From positions 1-62,795 of the forward strand of contig CAZICT010000005.1 of assembly GCA_964537935.1 (NCBI GenBank): a stretch of DNA of 62,795 nucleotides, written 5' to 3'. Positions 50,593 through 59,122 of this stretch are shown piece by piece. The position numbers and the translations under genes were made by a program. Source of the stretch: an uncultured Candidatus Saccharibacteria bacterium. GTDB lineage: Bacteria; Patescibacteriota; Saccharimonadia; Saccharimonadales; CAZICT01. The notes beneath the pieces are model-generated. The model made no database searches, was not told the DNA's origin, and saw only the letters and a program-made list of their open reading frames with translations. Numbering within the stretch: the stretch's first letter is position 1; each line of letters starts with the position of its first letter.

Positions 50593-50919
50593 TTGCCGGA
50601 GCATCGGTCTCTTGTTGAGGCTTTCCGGCAGCTTGTAGCCAGAGACTTCCCCGAAATAACCGAAGAAATGCGCGGTGGAACCGAAAAATACTATGGCGTA
50701 CCAAGCTATCGGTTCAAAAGAATAATTGCTGTCATCAGTCCGACAAAGAACGACGTTACGTTTGCTTTTTCCAAAGGAGCCAGCTTTGTTGATAGATACG
50801 GCTTACTTGAAGGTGTAGGCAAAACATCAAAAAATATACGTTTGAGTCGTATGGATGATTTTAATCCTGAGTCGTTTAGATACTATTTGCGGCAAGCGAT
50901 TGATTTAGACGCTCACTAA
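50593..50919 (+). CDS. DUF1801-domain protein; the true N-terminus probably lies upstream of the first canonical start
   Basis: TTG start from the ORF track. The open frame from 50548 encodes NPTVDDFIKHKVLPEHRSLVEAFRQLV, which aligns with TIDEYIANFPREKQEQLQKLRGLI of the paralog at 3378. Confidence 0.6.
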   Translation: MPEHRSLVEAFRQLVARDFPEITEEMRGGTEKYYGVPSYRFKRIIAVISPTKNDVTFAFSKGASFVDRYGLLEGVGKTSKNIRLSRMDDFNPESFRYYLRQAIDLDAH

Positions 50920-50921
50920 TA

Positions 50922-51113
50922 CTACAGACTAAGTAATTCTAGAACGCGATGCAAAACATACGCTGGCCATACGCAGGCTTTGAAAATTGCTACAAAAAAG
51001 CCTCCGAAGCCTTCAGATTGCTGGACGAAATAAACCAATGCACCAACCCAAGCCATAAACCAGATATAAGCCGATGGCCCTTCTTTAACTACCTTAGTTG
51101 ATTTATGTGCCAT
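50922..51113 (-). CDS. small membrane protein
   Basis: 63 aa with two hydrophobic helices. Confidence 0.45.
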   Translation of the reverse strand: MAHKSTKVVKEGPSAYIWFMAWVGALVYFVQQSEGFGGFFVAIFKACVWPAYVLHRVLELLSL

Positions 51114-51134
51114 GGTGGTTCTCCTTTTATGGCT

Positions 51135-51689
51135 TTATTGTACAATCTTGCTTTCACGCATTAACTGGTATAGCTTGCGGACGGTATTGCAGTTACGGAT
51201 TGTCATGTGCTTGTAGAGATCTGTTCCGACCAATTTCATTAAGCCGCTACGTGTGACATTAGGCCGATCGACTCGCCAAATCACGGCGCCAGCTACGTAC
51301 TTAACCTCGTCTAAGCCAGGTTTGATAATAAGCTGGTCCAGCACTTTGACATTAGCGTAGTTTTCCCATAAAAACATTACATCGCACTTCATTGTTTTGT
51401 CATTTACCCAATTATCAGGCAGTTCTGCGGCAATTGCGCTAATAGCGTCAAAATCCTTTACCAGGGTTTTTACATAAAAGCCGAACTCGGTCTCGATTTT
51501 TTTCTCGATTGCCTTAGTCATTTTGTCAATGTTCTCGTAGCTGGTGTCGCTAAAGATCACGTTGCCGGAGTTTATGTAGGTTCTAACATTGCTGAAGCCG
51601 AGTTGTTCTAAAACTGCCTTAAGCCGTCGCATTTCGACTTTATTCTTTCCGCCGACATTAATACCTCTCATAAGCGCAACGTATATCAT
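51135..51689 (-). CDS. DUF1697-domain protein
   Basis: MIYVALMRGINVGGKNKVEMRRLK is a typical N-terminus for this family. Confidence 0.75.
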   Translation of the reverse strand: MIYVALMRGINVGGKNKVEMRRLKAVLEQLGFSNVRTYINSGNVIFSDTSYENIDKMTKAIEKKIETEFGFYVKTLVKDFDAISAIAAELPDNWVNDKTMKCDVMFLWENYANVKVLDQLIIKPGLDEVKYVAGAVIWRVDRPNVTRSGLMKLVGTDLYKHMTIRNCNTVRKLYQLMRESKIVQ

Positions 51690-51717
51690 GAGTTTAGTTT
51701 AACACCTCAAACTGACA

Positions 51718-52224
51718 CTATTTAAAAGCAGGGATTAAACCACTTACCAGAATCTCCCCCCACTTTACTGCGCGCCGTAGTTCATTTTTGGCCAAAGGTC
51801 CTTCTTTGTCTTCGACTATAAAACCTTCAGGTGCAGCGATTAATTCGCCACCTTTTGCTTCCAGAGATGATGCAATCTTATTGGCGGCGAATCCGATGGT
51901 TTTCATCAGCAGCTTAAGGCCAAGTCCGTGTTCGTTGATAGCAAAGCGGGTGTCGAAGGCTGCTACATTTACGGAATCCAAAGCATTGTCCGGAAGGGAT
52001 TTTATGAAATCCTGTAAGTCCTGTGTAGGTTTGCCGCCTTGAGTAGGCGAACCTACAATTAATATTGCTATATCTTCCAGGTGGCTTAACGCGACTTCAT
52101 TAATATGCTTTATCTTTACATTACACGACCGCCTTATGCCTTTAGCTATACCATCAACAATTTTTGCCGTGTTACCAAACGATGAATCGTAAATGATCAA
52201 TGCTTTATTGTTCGCAGGTAACAT
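51718..52224 (-). CDS. flavodoxin-like protein
   Basis: ALIIYDSSFGNTAKI ... VGSPTQGGKP are flavodoxin FMN-binding loops. Confidence 0.75.
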   Translation of the reverse strand: MLPANNKALIIYDSSFGNTAKIVDGIAKGIRRSCNVKIKHINEVALSHLEDIAILIVGSPTQGGKPTQDLQDFIKSLPDNALDSVNVAAFDTRFAINEHGLGLKLLMKTIGFAANKIASSLEAKGGELIAAPEGFIVEDKEGPLAKNELRRAVKWGEILVSGLIPAFK

Positions 52225-52226
52225 GT

Positions 52227-52448
52227 TTAGACTTCTCTGCTTTGCGAGTTTACATTGTTATTTTCTCTAGGTGTTACGATAGCAGCTATGATATAGGCTA
52301 TGAGGCCAGGGAAAATCCCGGTCAAAATAGTCAGTATTATCCATGCCAGGCGGACGACGGTTGAATCTATAGCGAAATAAACTCCAATTCCGCCGCACAA
52401 GCCAGATAATTTTTTATCAGTGGATGATAGGGTGAGACGCTTCATCAA
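52227..52448 (-). CDS. PspC-domain membrane protein
   Basis: KLSGLCGGIGVYFAIDSTVVRLAWIILTILTG. Confidence 0.8.
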   Translation of the reverse strand: MMKRLTLSSTDKKLSGLCGGIGVYFAIDSTVVRLAWIILTILTGIFPGLIAYIIAAIVTPRENNNVNSQSREV

Positions 52449-52477
52449 TTCCTCCTTTGCAAAGGTTTATTTAAGCT

Positions 52478-52849
52478 TTATGAAGCGTGATAATGTGTCA
52501 TTGAAGCAGGTGTCACAAAGTGTCTGACGATTGACACAGCCCAGAATGCTACGATTGTGAGCATCAGCAATACGATGTAGTCAGATGCGTTGAAGTAAAT
52601 GCCTAGTCCAGTAATCACCGCGACTAAGGATGCAAATATTGTTGCAATAATAGCTCGTGATTTGCTGTGAATTTTATCGATTACGAAGCTGACCAAAATA
52701 CTGATTGCGGCTAAAGCTGAAATTATCAATATTGTCCAGCGCACGCTTGAAATGAGCGGCCATGTCCAATCATGGAAGTGTGCTCTCTCAACAACGACAG
52801 CTCCAATAGTAGCCAGGGTAACTGCTCCATCTGTCCATGTAATACGCAT
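52478..52849 (-). CDS. small polytopic membrane protein
   Basis: Start set to the ATG at 52849, 8 nt after AGGAGG. Four hydrophobic helices. Confidence 0.5.
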   Translation of the reverse strand: MRITWTDGAVTLATIGAVVVERAHFHDWTWPLISSVRWTILIISALAAISILVSFVIDKIHSKSRAIIATIFASLVAVITGLGIYFNASDYIVLLMLTIVAFWAVSIVRHFVTPASMTHYHAS

Positions 52850-53062
52850 ACCTTTTTCCTCCTTTCTGTATTTACAGTAACTCAGAATAAATTCCGTAGC
52901 AGTGATAGTTATCAACCGACAGCAGTGGTTATTTTTACAGTTTTTTATACTACCAAACAAAGAAATTAATTCAGCAACTTATGTCACAAACAGCTGATGA
53001 CGCGTGTCACAGCAATTAGTTTGAGTCTCCTAATATAATCCAGGCATGAGGAGGAAATTACG

Positions 53063-53575
53063 ATGAATCTACTGAATATTCGCCCACCGAAACACCAATG
53101 TTATTCGGATAGAAGGGTTCGGATCTTGAACTTTCTGAATGAGCATATGGCCGGAGTGCTATCGACGGTAGATCCAGACAGTAATCCTCATGCTGCGGTA
53201 GTGTATTTTTCTGTTAAACCAGACTTTACGGTAACATTCCTCACTAAGCGTCGGACTAAAAAGAGTGATAATTTAAGGCACAACAATCACGTTATGCTAG
53301 CGGTTTTTGATGAAGTCCTACAAACATCAGTTCAAATAAAAGGTGTAGCCTCTGAAATTACCGATACTGATAAAGCGCATGAAGTGTTTCGAAGCACGCT
53401 CAGGGCGTCCCTCAGGACAAGTGAAAACGGCGTTCCTCCAATTTCAAAGTTGAGTGCTGGCGAATACGTTGCATACACTATAAAGCCTGTTGAGGTAGCT
53501 ATGTCAGTCTACTCACGTCCGGATGTTCATCGAAACGAACATTTAAGAGAGTTATTGGATCTAAGCTCTGACTAA
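53063..53575 (+). CDS. pyridoxamine 5'-phosphate oxidase-family protein
   Basis: AGVLSTVDPDSNPHAAVVYFSVKPDFTVTFLT pattern. Paralogous to the ORF at 44055. Confidence 0.65.
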   Translation: MNLLNIRPPKHQCYSDRRVRILNFLNEHMAGVLSTVDPDSNPHAAVVYFSVKPDFTVTFLTKRRTKKSDNLRHNNHVMLAVFDEVLQTSVQIKGVASEITDTDKAHEVFRSTLRASLRTSENGVPPISKLSAGEYVAYTIKPVEVAMSVYSRPDVHRNEHLRELLDLSSD

Positions 53576-54225
53576 AGTTCGCCTCGAAGTTTTTTCTCTA
53601 ACTCAACAATGCTTTTTATGTGCAAGCCTTTATTACCGCTTACTATCAGACCCTTAAGGTCCGATTTATGAATTTCGCGGCTGACGGTCTCGCGGGAAAG
53701 TCCGGCACGAGTAGCAAGCTCAGTTTCATTAATCGGTATAAAATAGCTCCCGTCATTTTTAATTTCGCCAAACCGGTGGCACTCTATAATGATTTCATAA
53801 ACGAGGCGGCTTTTCGCACTTCCGGACATAAGCTGCACCATACGACCCAATATGCCATCCATTCCTTTGTATACGCGGACTAAAAGATCGAATACAACAT
53901 CAGGGTTGCCGTTTAAAAACTTCACGACGTCTTCCGTTGGTGCGACGTTTACAGTCACATCAGTTTCAGCTTCAAAAATATAATTGTTCTTTACATCTGT
54001 TAAAGCATAGTTTATCGGAAAGAATGAATATGGCTTGAAGACATTAACGACGACTTCGTTGCCGTTGTAGGTGATGTCATACTGTCGGATCTTGCCTTTT
54101 TTAAGGAAAAAAATTTTATCAGGTTGATCACCGGCATGTAACAGAATCTGTCCCTTCGAATAGAATCGCTCCGGAAAAGAAGAGAAGAATTGGTCTAGTT
54201 CTTTCGTTACATTTTTAGATGACAT
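53572..54225 (-). CDS. Crp/Fnr-family transcriptional regulator
   Basis: cNMP-binding-like barrel (YSKGQILLHAGD...FFLKKGKIR) and HTH ETELATRAGLSRETVSREIHKSD. Confidence 0.8.
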   Translation of the reverse strand: MSSKNVTKELDQFFSSFPERFYSKGQILLHAGDQPDKIFFLKKGKIRQYDITYNGNEVVVNVFKPYSFFPINYALTDVKNNYIFEAETDVTVNVAPTEDVVKFLNGNPDVVFDLLVRVYKGMDGILGRMVQLMSGSAKSRLVYEIIIECHRFGEIKNDGSYFIPINETELATRAGLSRETVSREIHKSDLKGLIVSGNKGLHIKSIVELEKKLRGEL

Positions 54226-54312
54226 GGCTTCATTGTGACTATAATATAAGCAGCGTTCTTAATCAAAACATCAGGCTTAATTGATAAAACTCCAATGTTT
54301 TAGAATGGAAGT

Positions 54313-54489
54313 ATGACAATTGAAAATCAAAAAACGGCCTGCAAAAAGAAAGTTAGATTTAGCAGCGATGCGGCTGCTCAAACTGCGCTTAAGAAAATTA
54401 ATCCAAAAAGAGTGCTTAAAAAACCTTCAAGAGTTTATAAATGCTCCGTTTGTTTTGGCTGGCATTTAACCTCCCAGCCACGGCGATAG
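54313..54489 (+). CDS. possible 58-aa basic small protein with a C-terminal CxxC
   Basis: Hand-translated MTIENQKTACKKKVRFSSDAAAQTALKKINPKRVLKKPSRVYKCSVCFGWHLTSQPRR. Below the ORF-track cutoff. Confidence 0.35.
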   Translation: MTIENQKTACKKKVRFSSDAAAQTALKKINPKRVLKKPSRVYKCSVCFGWHLTSQPRR

Positions 54490-54497
54490 GTAGTCGC

Positions 54498-55247
54498 CTA
54501 ATCAACCAGTACGATTTTATGTAGCAGTTTGGATAATTGCGTGCGACTGCCTTCACCTCGATAGGTTTTATCTATTATCCATGATGTATAGCCTAGGAGC
54601 ATTAATAACTCACCTAACAGCGCCAATTGAAACCAATTGATAGCGGAAATTGAGCCAAAGGTAATAAAGCCTCCAATTATAATCATCAAAAATGATGTCA
54701 GACGATGCATGCGCCACAAAAGGATGGTTTTACTGCGTTTTACTTTTGTCAGTAATGTGTCTGCAACTACGGTCGCGGCCATACTTAAGCCGGCGATTGT
54801 GACACCGATTATGTGTATTCGGTAGGGCCAAGGTTCCCAGGCAACCGGCATCAATGCAGCAACGTAAAGGCCAAGTACGGTCAGGCTCATCAGCCAGGTA
54901 ATTGGCCTTGTGCGTTTAAGCGTACGACGTAAATGCGACCGCCAACGCCACAAACCGTAAGCGCCAAAAAATAATGATGCAGCCAGGTATGGAGCGGTCC
55001 TGACATCGCGCCCAAAATCACTGAAGGCGGTTGACCAGTTCCGCATATCCGGCCTTATTGCAAAGCAGACCGCAAAGCCGATAGTCATTATTACCACTCC
55101 TGCTATGCCCCACAGTTCATTGCGCAAACGTTGCATAAACCGGAAAATCAAGACTTTATCAGCTATAAAATAGATAGTCTTTTTACCGTAGCTCAGCGTG
55201 TACTGCGGTACTGTTTTGGGTTTTTTGCGAGTCTTTTTCTTTGCCAT
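54498..55247 (-). CDS. polytopic membrane protein, function unknown
   Basis: 249 aa with a basic N-terminus and about 6 TM helices. Confidence 0.55.
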   Translation of the reverse strand: MAKKKTRKKPKTVPQYTLSYGKKTIYFIADKVLIFRFMQRLRNELWGIAGVVIMTIGFAVCFAIRPDMRNWSTAFSDFGRDVRTAPYLAASLFFGAYGLWRWRSHLRRTLKRTRPITWLMSLTVLGLYVAALMPVAWEPWPYRIHIIGVTIAGLSMAATVVADTLLTKVKRSKTILLWRMHRLTSFLMIIIGGFITFGSISAINWFQLALLGELLMLLGYTSWIIDKTYRGEGSRTQLSKLLHKIVLVD

Positions 55248-55334
55248 TTAAAACACAGTATAACAGCCGCCTTTAAGCATTTAAGCAGCAAGCCGGTTTT
55301 TAAGTTACAATGATTTTATAAATAAATAAGGAAC

Positions 55335-55766
55335 ATGGTCATGGAAGACGAAACTTTCGCTCCGCAAAAAATTGTAATCGTTGAAGATAATCCGAGTCTG
55401 TCGGAAATTTACAAAACCCGACTCGAGCTCATTGGCTATCAATGCTTTCCGGCTTATGACGGTGAACAGGCATTGGCTATTATCGAAAGGGAGCGACCGG
55501 CGTTGGTTTTGCTTGACATGATGGTGCCTAAAATTGCCGGTGATCAAATTTTGGCGCATATGCGGGCTAATGAGTGGGGTAAAAATATTCGCGTGTTCGT
55601 AATCTCAAACCTTAGCGAGGCCGACGCTCCGGCTGGACTCCGTGACTATAACATCGAAGGTTACGCTGTCAAAGCCAACCTGAGTGATGATGATATTGAT
55701 AAACTTGTCGATAAAATTCTTACGCCAGCCGGCCAAGAAGAGGGCGTAGACTTAGAATTGGAATAA
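55335..55766 (+). CDS. single-domain response regulator (receiver only)
   Basis: KIVIVEDN ... ALVLLDMMVPKIAG ... VKA. No output domain and no adjacent kinase. Confidence 0.85.
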   Translation: MVMEDETFAPQKIVIVEDNPSLSEIYKTRLELIGYQCFPAYDGEQALAIIERERPALVLLDMMVPKIAGDQILAHMRANEWGKNIRVFVISNLSEADAPAGLRDYNIEGYAVKANLSDDDIDKLVDKILTPAGQEEGVDLELE

Positions 55767-55822
55767 TAAAGTTCTGCCGTCTGAATACGCTGTTGATTAA
55801 CGGTGGTTGTAAAATAATAAAA

Positions 55823-57070
55823 CTATTTGCTTGAAGACTTAAAGATATCTGCCAGTTTGACGCGGGAATTATACTGGAGAGCACCTAGCTTAAACAACTT
55901 ACCGGCCAGCCATACAGCCGCGACGGTGGAGGCTATTAAAATTGCAAGCCCTATGGCTGCTTCGATAATGCTTAAATTGCCCAATGTGTTGCGTAACAGC
56001 AGTGTGGTCGGCGCCGTAAGCGGGAAGAATGTACTAGCCTGACTTAATAGAGAATCGGGAGTGTTGGATATGGCGTCAAAACCCCAGAACGGAACGAACG
56101 CCAGAAGGTAGAACACCGCAGTAAAGCTATTGGCTTCTTTTGAAGAAGGAAAGGCGGCACCGGTAGCCAACATGAGAGCCAGATAGAATAGGAAGCTAGT
56201 CACAAAATATGCAGCGCCGAACAGGATTGGAATTATTGCGAACTCAAGCTCGCCAAGATTAACAGGCAACTGCAGTTCGTTACCGAGTGCCCTGTAAATA
56301 AAGTAGGCAATAACTGCAATGGCAGCATAAAGCGCAATCTGGGTTAAGGTTACCAAGGTTGTACCGATCAGCTTACCAGACATTAACGTTCGTGGGCGAA
56401 CATAGCTCAATACCATTTCAAACGCCCGGTTTTCTTTTTCTTCAGAAACCGATGTAGCCGCGTAGCCGATTCCCATAAACAAAGAGAAATAAAATAAGAT
56501 CATGAATACTCCGGGAACGACATAAGCTTCAAAGCCCGGGACTTCTTGGCCGTCTTCGTATTCAACAGTTTGCGGTTCGGCGCCGTTGAGGGCAAGATTT
56601 GCAACTTCGTCAGATCCAAGCGGTGCCAGCAGGCTTTGTTGCAATACAAAGTGTCCAATTCCGGAGATGGTTGAAGATTTGTCGCTGTCTTCTTTGTCGG
56701 TGCTTATGTAAACCTGGTAAGAGTTTGTTTTGGTTATGTCGGCCGGATAAACTATCAACCCGTCAATTTCATCTTGTCTTACTTGCTCGCGCAGTTGGTC
56801 GGTTTGGCCATCATTAGCTATGGCAATGTTGACTGCGTCGGTGACATCATTGCTTATCAATCCGCTCTGATCGACGACAGATATTTTATAACCGGCTTCA
56901 TTTTTCTGTTTTTCCAGGTCCGTATTACTTCTTGACGACAGATAGTTAATACCGAAAATCAACAAAAAAATAGCCGGTGCTGCTATAAGCGATATCCAAA
57001 ATGACGGCTGTTTGACTATAGTGCGGTACTCATGCCTGGTAACGGCCAGTAATTTTTTGGATTTTATCAT
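55823..57070 (-). CDS. ABC-2-type transporter permease
   Basis: 415 aa. N-terminal TM helix, large extracytoplasmic loop, then five C-terminal TM helices. Overlaps the ATPase gene stop. Confidence 0.8.
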   Translation of the reverse strand: MIKSKKLLAVTRHEYRTIVKQPSFWISLIAAPAIFLLIFGINYLSSRSNTDLEKQKNEAGYKISVVDQSGLISNDVTDAVNIAIANDGQTDQLREQVRQDEIDGLIVYPADITKTNSYQVYISTDKEDSDKSSTISGIGHFVLQQSLLAPLGSDEVANLALNGAEPQTVEYEDGQEVPGFEAYVVPGVFMILFYFSLFMGIGYAATSVSEEKENRAFEMVLSYVRPRTLMSGKLIGTTLVTLTQIALYAAIAVIAYFIYRALGNELQLPVNLGELEFAIIPILFGAAYFVTSFLFYLALMLATGAAFPSSKEANSFTAVFYLLAFVPFWGFDAISNTPDSLLSQASTFFPLTAPTTLLLRNTLGNLSIIEAAIGLAILIASTVAAVWLAGKLFKLGALQYNSRVKLADIFKSSSK

Positions 57071-57789
57071 GCTGATTCCCCGTAAATTTGAACAAATATG
57101 TCTTCAATCGATTTTTTGCGGAATTTTTTCTTTAATTCTTCAATCGTGCCATAGGCTTTGCTTTCGCCGTCTTTGATGATTATCGCCCGATCGGCTAGCC
57201 GTTCAACTTCTTCCATCAGATGGGTGATGTAAATAACAGAAGTGCCTTTACCCCGCAGTTCATCAACCATGTCTATAAGTAGCTTACGGTTGACCGGATC
57301 AAGGCCTTTTGTTGGCTCATCTAGGATTAACAATTTTGGCTCGTTTATGATAGCAACGCCAAGCTGAATTTTTTGCTGCTCACCGCCAGAAAGGCTTTTT
57401 ACCTTTTGGTTTGCTTTATCCGTTAATCCGACTCGCTTCAGGTACTTTAAGGATTTGGACTTGGCTGTTTGCGGGTCCATGCCTTTTAATTCGCCAAAAT
57501 AAACCATCACATCTATAACTTGACTTCTTACATATAGGCCGCGCTCTTCAGGAAGGTAACCGACATAATGGGCCAGGTCTGGCGAGTAGGTTTTGTCATT
57601 AATTAACAACTCACCGGAAGTTGCTTGATAAATTCCAAGCAGTGAACGTATGGTCGACGTTTTGCCGGAACCGTTAGCACCTAAAAATGCGAAGACTTCG
57701 CCTTGATGTACTTCAAAGCTGAGGTTTTTAACTATCGTTTTACCGCTTAGCTGGAGGTTAAAGTCAGATACGGAAACGACTGATTTCAT
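57067..57789 (-). CDS. ABC transporter ATP-binding protein
   Basis: Walker A GANGSGKTS, signature LSGGEQQK, Walker B LLILDEPT. Confidence 0.95.
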   Translation of the reverse strand: MKSVVSVSDFNLQLSGKTIVKNLSFEVHQGEVFAFLGANGSGKTSTIRSLLGIYQATSGELLINDKTYSPDLAHYVGYLPEERGLYVRSQVIDVMVYFGELKGMDPQTAKSKSLKYLKRVGLTDKANQKVKSLSGGEQQKIQLGVAIINEPKLLILDEPTKGLDPVNRKLLIDMVDELRGKGTSVIYITHLMEEVERLADRAIIIKDGESKAYGTIEELKKKFRKKSIEDIFVQIYGESA

Positions 57790-57833
57790 AAAGTTTACCT
57801 TAACATATAACCATTACCGTGGAGAAGAATTTT

Positions 57834-58445
57834 CTATCCGTAGAGAGGGCTAAGGTCAACATCAAGCTCTTCTTTGCTAGGCTGGTGTTGGTCGGCTTCG
57901 GTCGCTAACGGTGGCGTGGCTTCTTTTCGGGAATCTTCAGTTAAGTCGCGTGGTCTGCGTGCTTCGCTAAGGCCGTATTCTTTGCGCCGTTTATTCATAT
58001 TTTGAAAATTCTCGACAGGGTAGAGATATGGCTTGTCCTGAAAGCCCTTAAACCACTGGGTTCCGAACAATTGTTTTTGGCCGTCTAGAACCCTAACGCG
58101 GTCAATTAGCGCCGGGAGCAGTTTTTTATCAACCTGTCCTTCGGGTGCTTGCTGCAGATGTTCAAGTATTTTTTTCATCAGTGAGTGCTTTGAGTGGAGC
58201 GCGATAACTGTTATGGCCTCAATTCCGTGCCAGCTGATCTTGTCTTTTGTTGGTGTGCCAATTTCGTCGATTATTTCCAGTACCCGGGTAGTTCTATGAT
58301 CGGCGTTTTTACGCAAATTTTCAGCGCTTTGCTTCAGCTTTTTCTCTGACGGTTTTGATTTGAAAAGGGCAGAGTGGGCTTTGACTTCCCGCTGATCTTC
58401 TTCAAGCAGATTAACTAATTCTTCGGATAAAGCAGGATATTTCAT
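57834..58445 (-). CDS. hypothetical protein
   Basis: 203-aa ORF overlapping the upstream gene by 4 nt. No motifs. Confidence 0.55.
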   Translation of the reverse strand: MKYPALSEELVNLLEEDQREVKAHSALFKSKPSEKKLKQSAENLRKNADHRTTRVLEIIDEIGTPTKDKISWHGIEAITVIALHSKHSLMKKILEHLQQAPEGQVDKKLLPALIDRVRVLDGQKQLFGTQWFKGFQDKPYLYPVENFQNMNKRRKEYGLSEARRPRDLTEDSRKEATPPLATEADQHQPSKEELDVDLSPLYG

Positions 58446-58978
58446 GGGTTTTCGTTAGAGAGTTTATCAAGCAGCTTGGCAGCGCGTTTAACTACGGCGG
58501 CCGACTTGTGATGCAGCTGAATTTTCAGCAGCTTAGCCAGCTCGTCGGCCGCAAAGTGGCCGTCGCAAGTAAACTGAAACAGTGTGTCCATGGTGTTGGC
58601 AGCGACTATCCAGTCAACGTCTTTGGTAGAAATCTGTTTCTTCAGCCACTTTATCGCAAAATCTCTCTGTTTATCATTCAGACTAACTTGGCGGTAAATT
58701 TGTGCCAAGTGCCACAAAATAGACGGCTGGGTGGTGTCCGATATCTCTCTTTGCATCCTGTCGATAAACGGCTCAATCCAATCCGGGCGTTCACGGCAAA
58801 TTTTCTCAATCGCATCGGCGGCTCGCATCCGAGCCCATGCATCATCGTGAAACAAGCAATCGTACAACTCTTCTAGTCGGTCCCGGTTGCTAAGAACTAA
58901 ATCAATAACCTCATTAACTCTACCCAGAGAGTTGGATTTGCCTCCCACGGTCAGCATGTCGGCGAAAGGTTCGCTCAT
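58442..58978 (-). CDS. hypothetical helical-repeat protein (possibly DNA-alkylation-repair/HEAT-like)
   Basis: 178-aa ORF predicted to be all-helical. Family assignment is unverified. Confidence 0.5.
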   Translation of the reverse strand: MSEPFADMLTVGGKSNSLGRVNEVIDLVLSNRDRLEELYDCLFHDDAWARMRAADAIEKICRERPDWIEPFIDRMQREISDTTQPSILWHLAQIYRQVSLNDKQRDFAIKWLKKQISTKDVDWIVAANTMDTLFQFTCDGHFAADELAKLLKIQLHHKSAAVVKRAAKLLDKLSNENP

Positions 58979-59122
58979 ACGTTTTATAATAGCACCGAAT
59001 ATATTGGCTAATTACGCTATTTTGCCCAGAGAAATTTACAAATCAACCTGTTTAATTTTACAAAGCTCAACCAACAATCTTAGAGACTGCTTAATAATCA
59101 AACAGTTTATGCTGCAAAGCTT

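Noticed and set aside
58979-59122. Alternative location for a tracr/scout RNA downstream of the effector gene.
   Set aside because: Neither strand of this 144-nt gap contains AAAGGC/GCCTTT or any other block complementary to the repeat. No strong hairpin or terminator is visible either.
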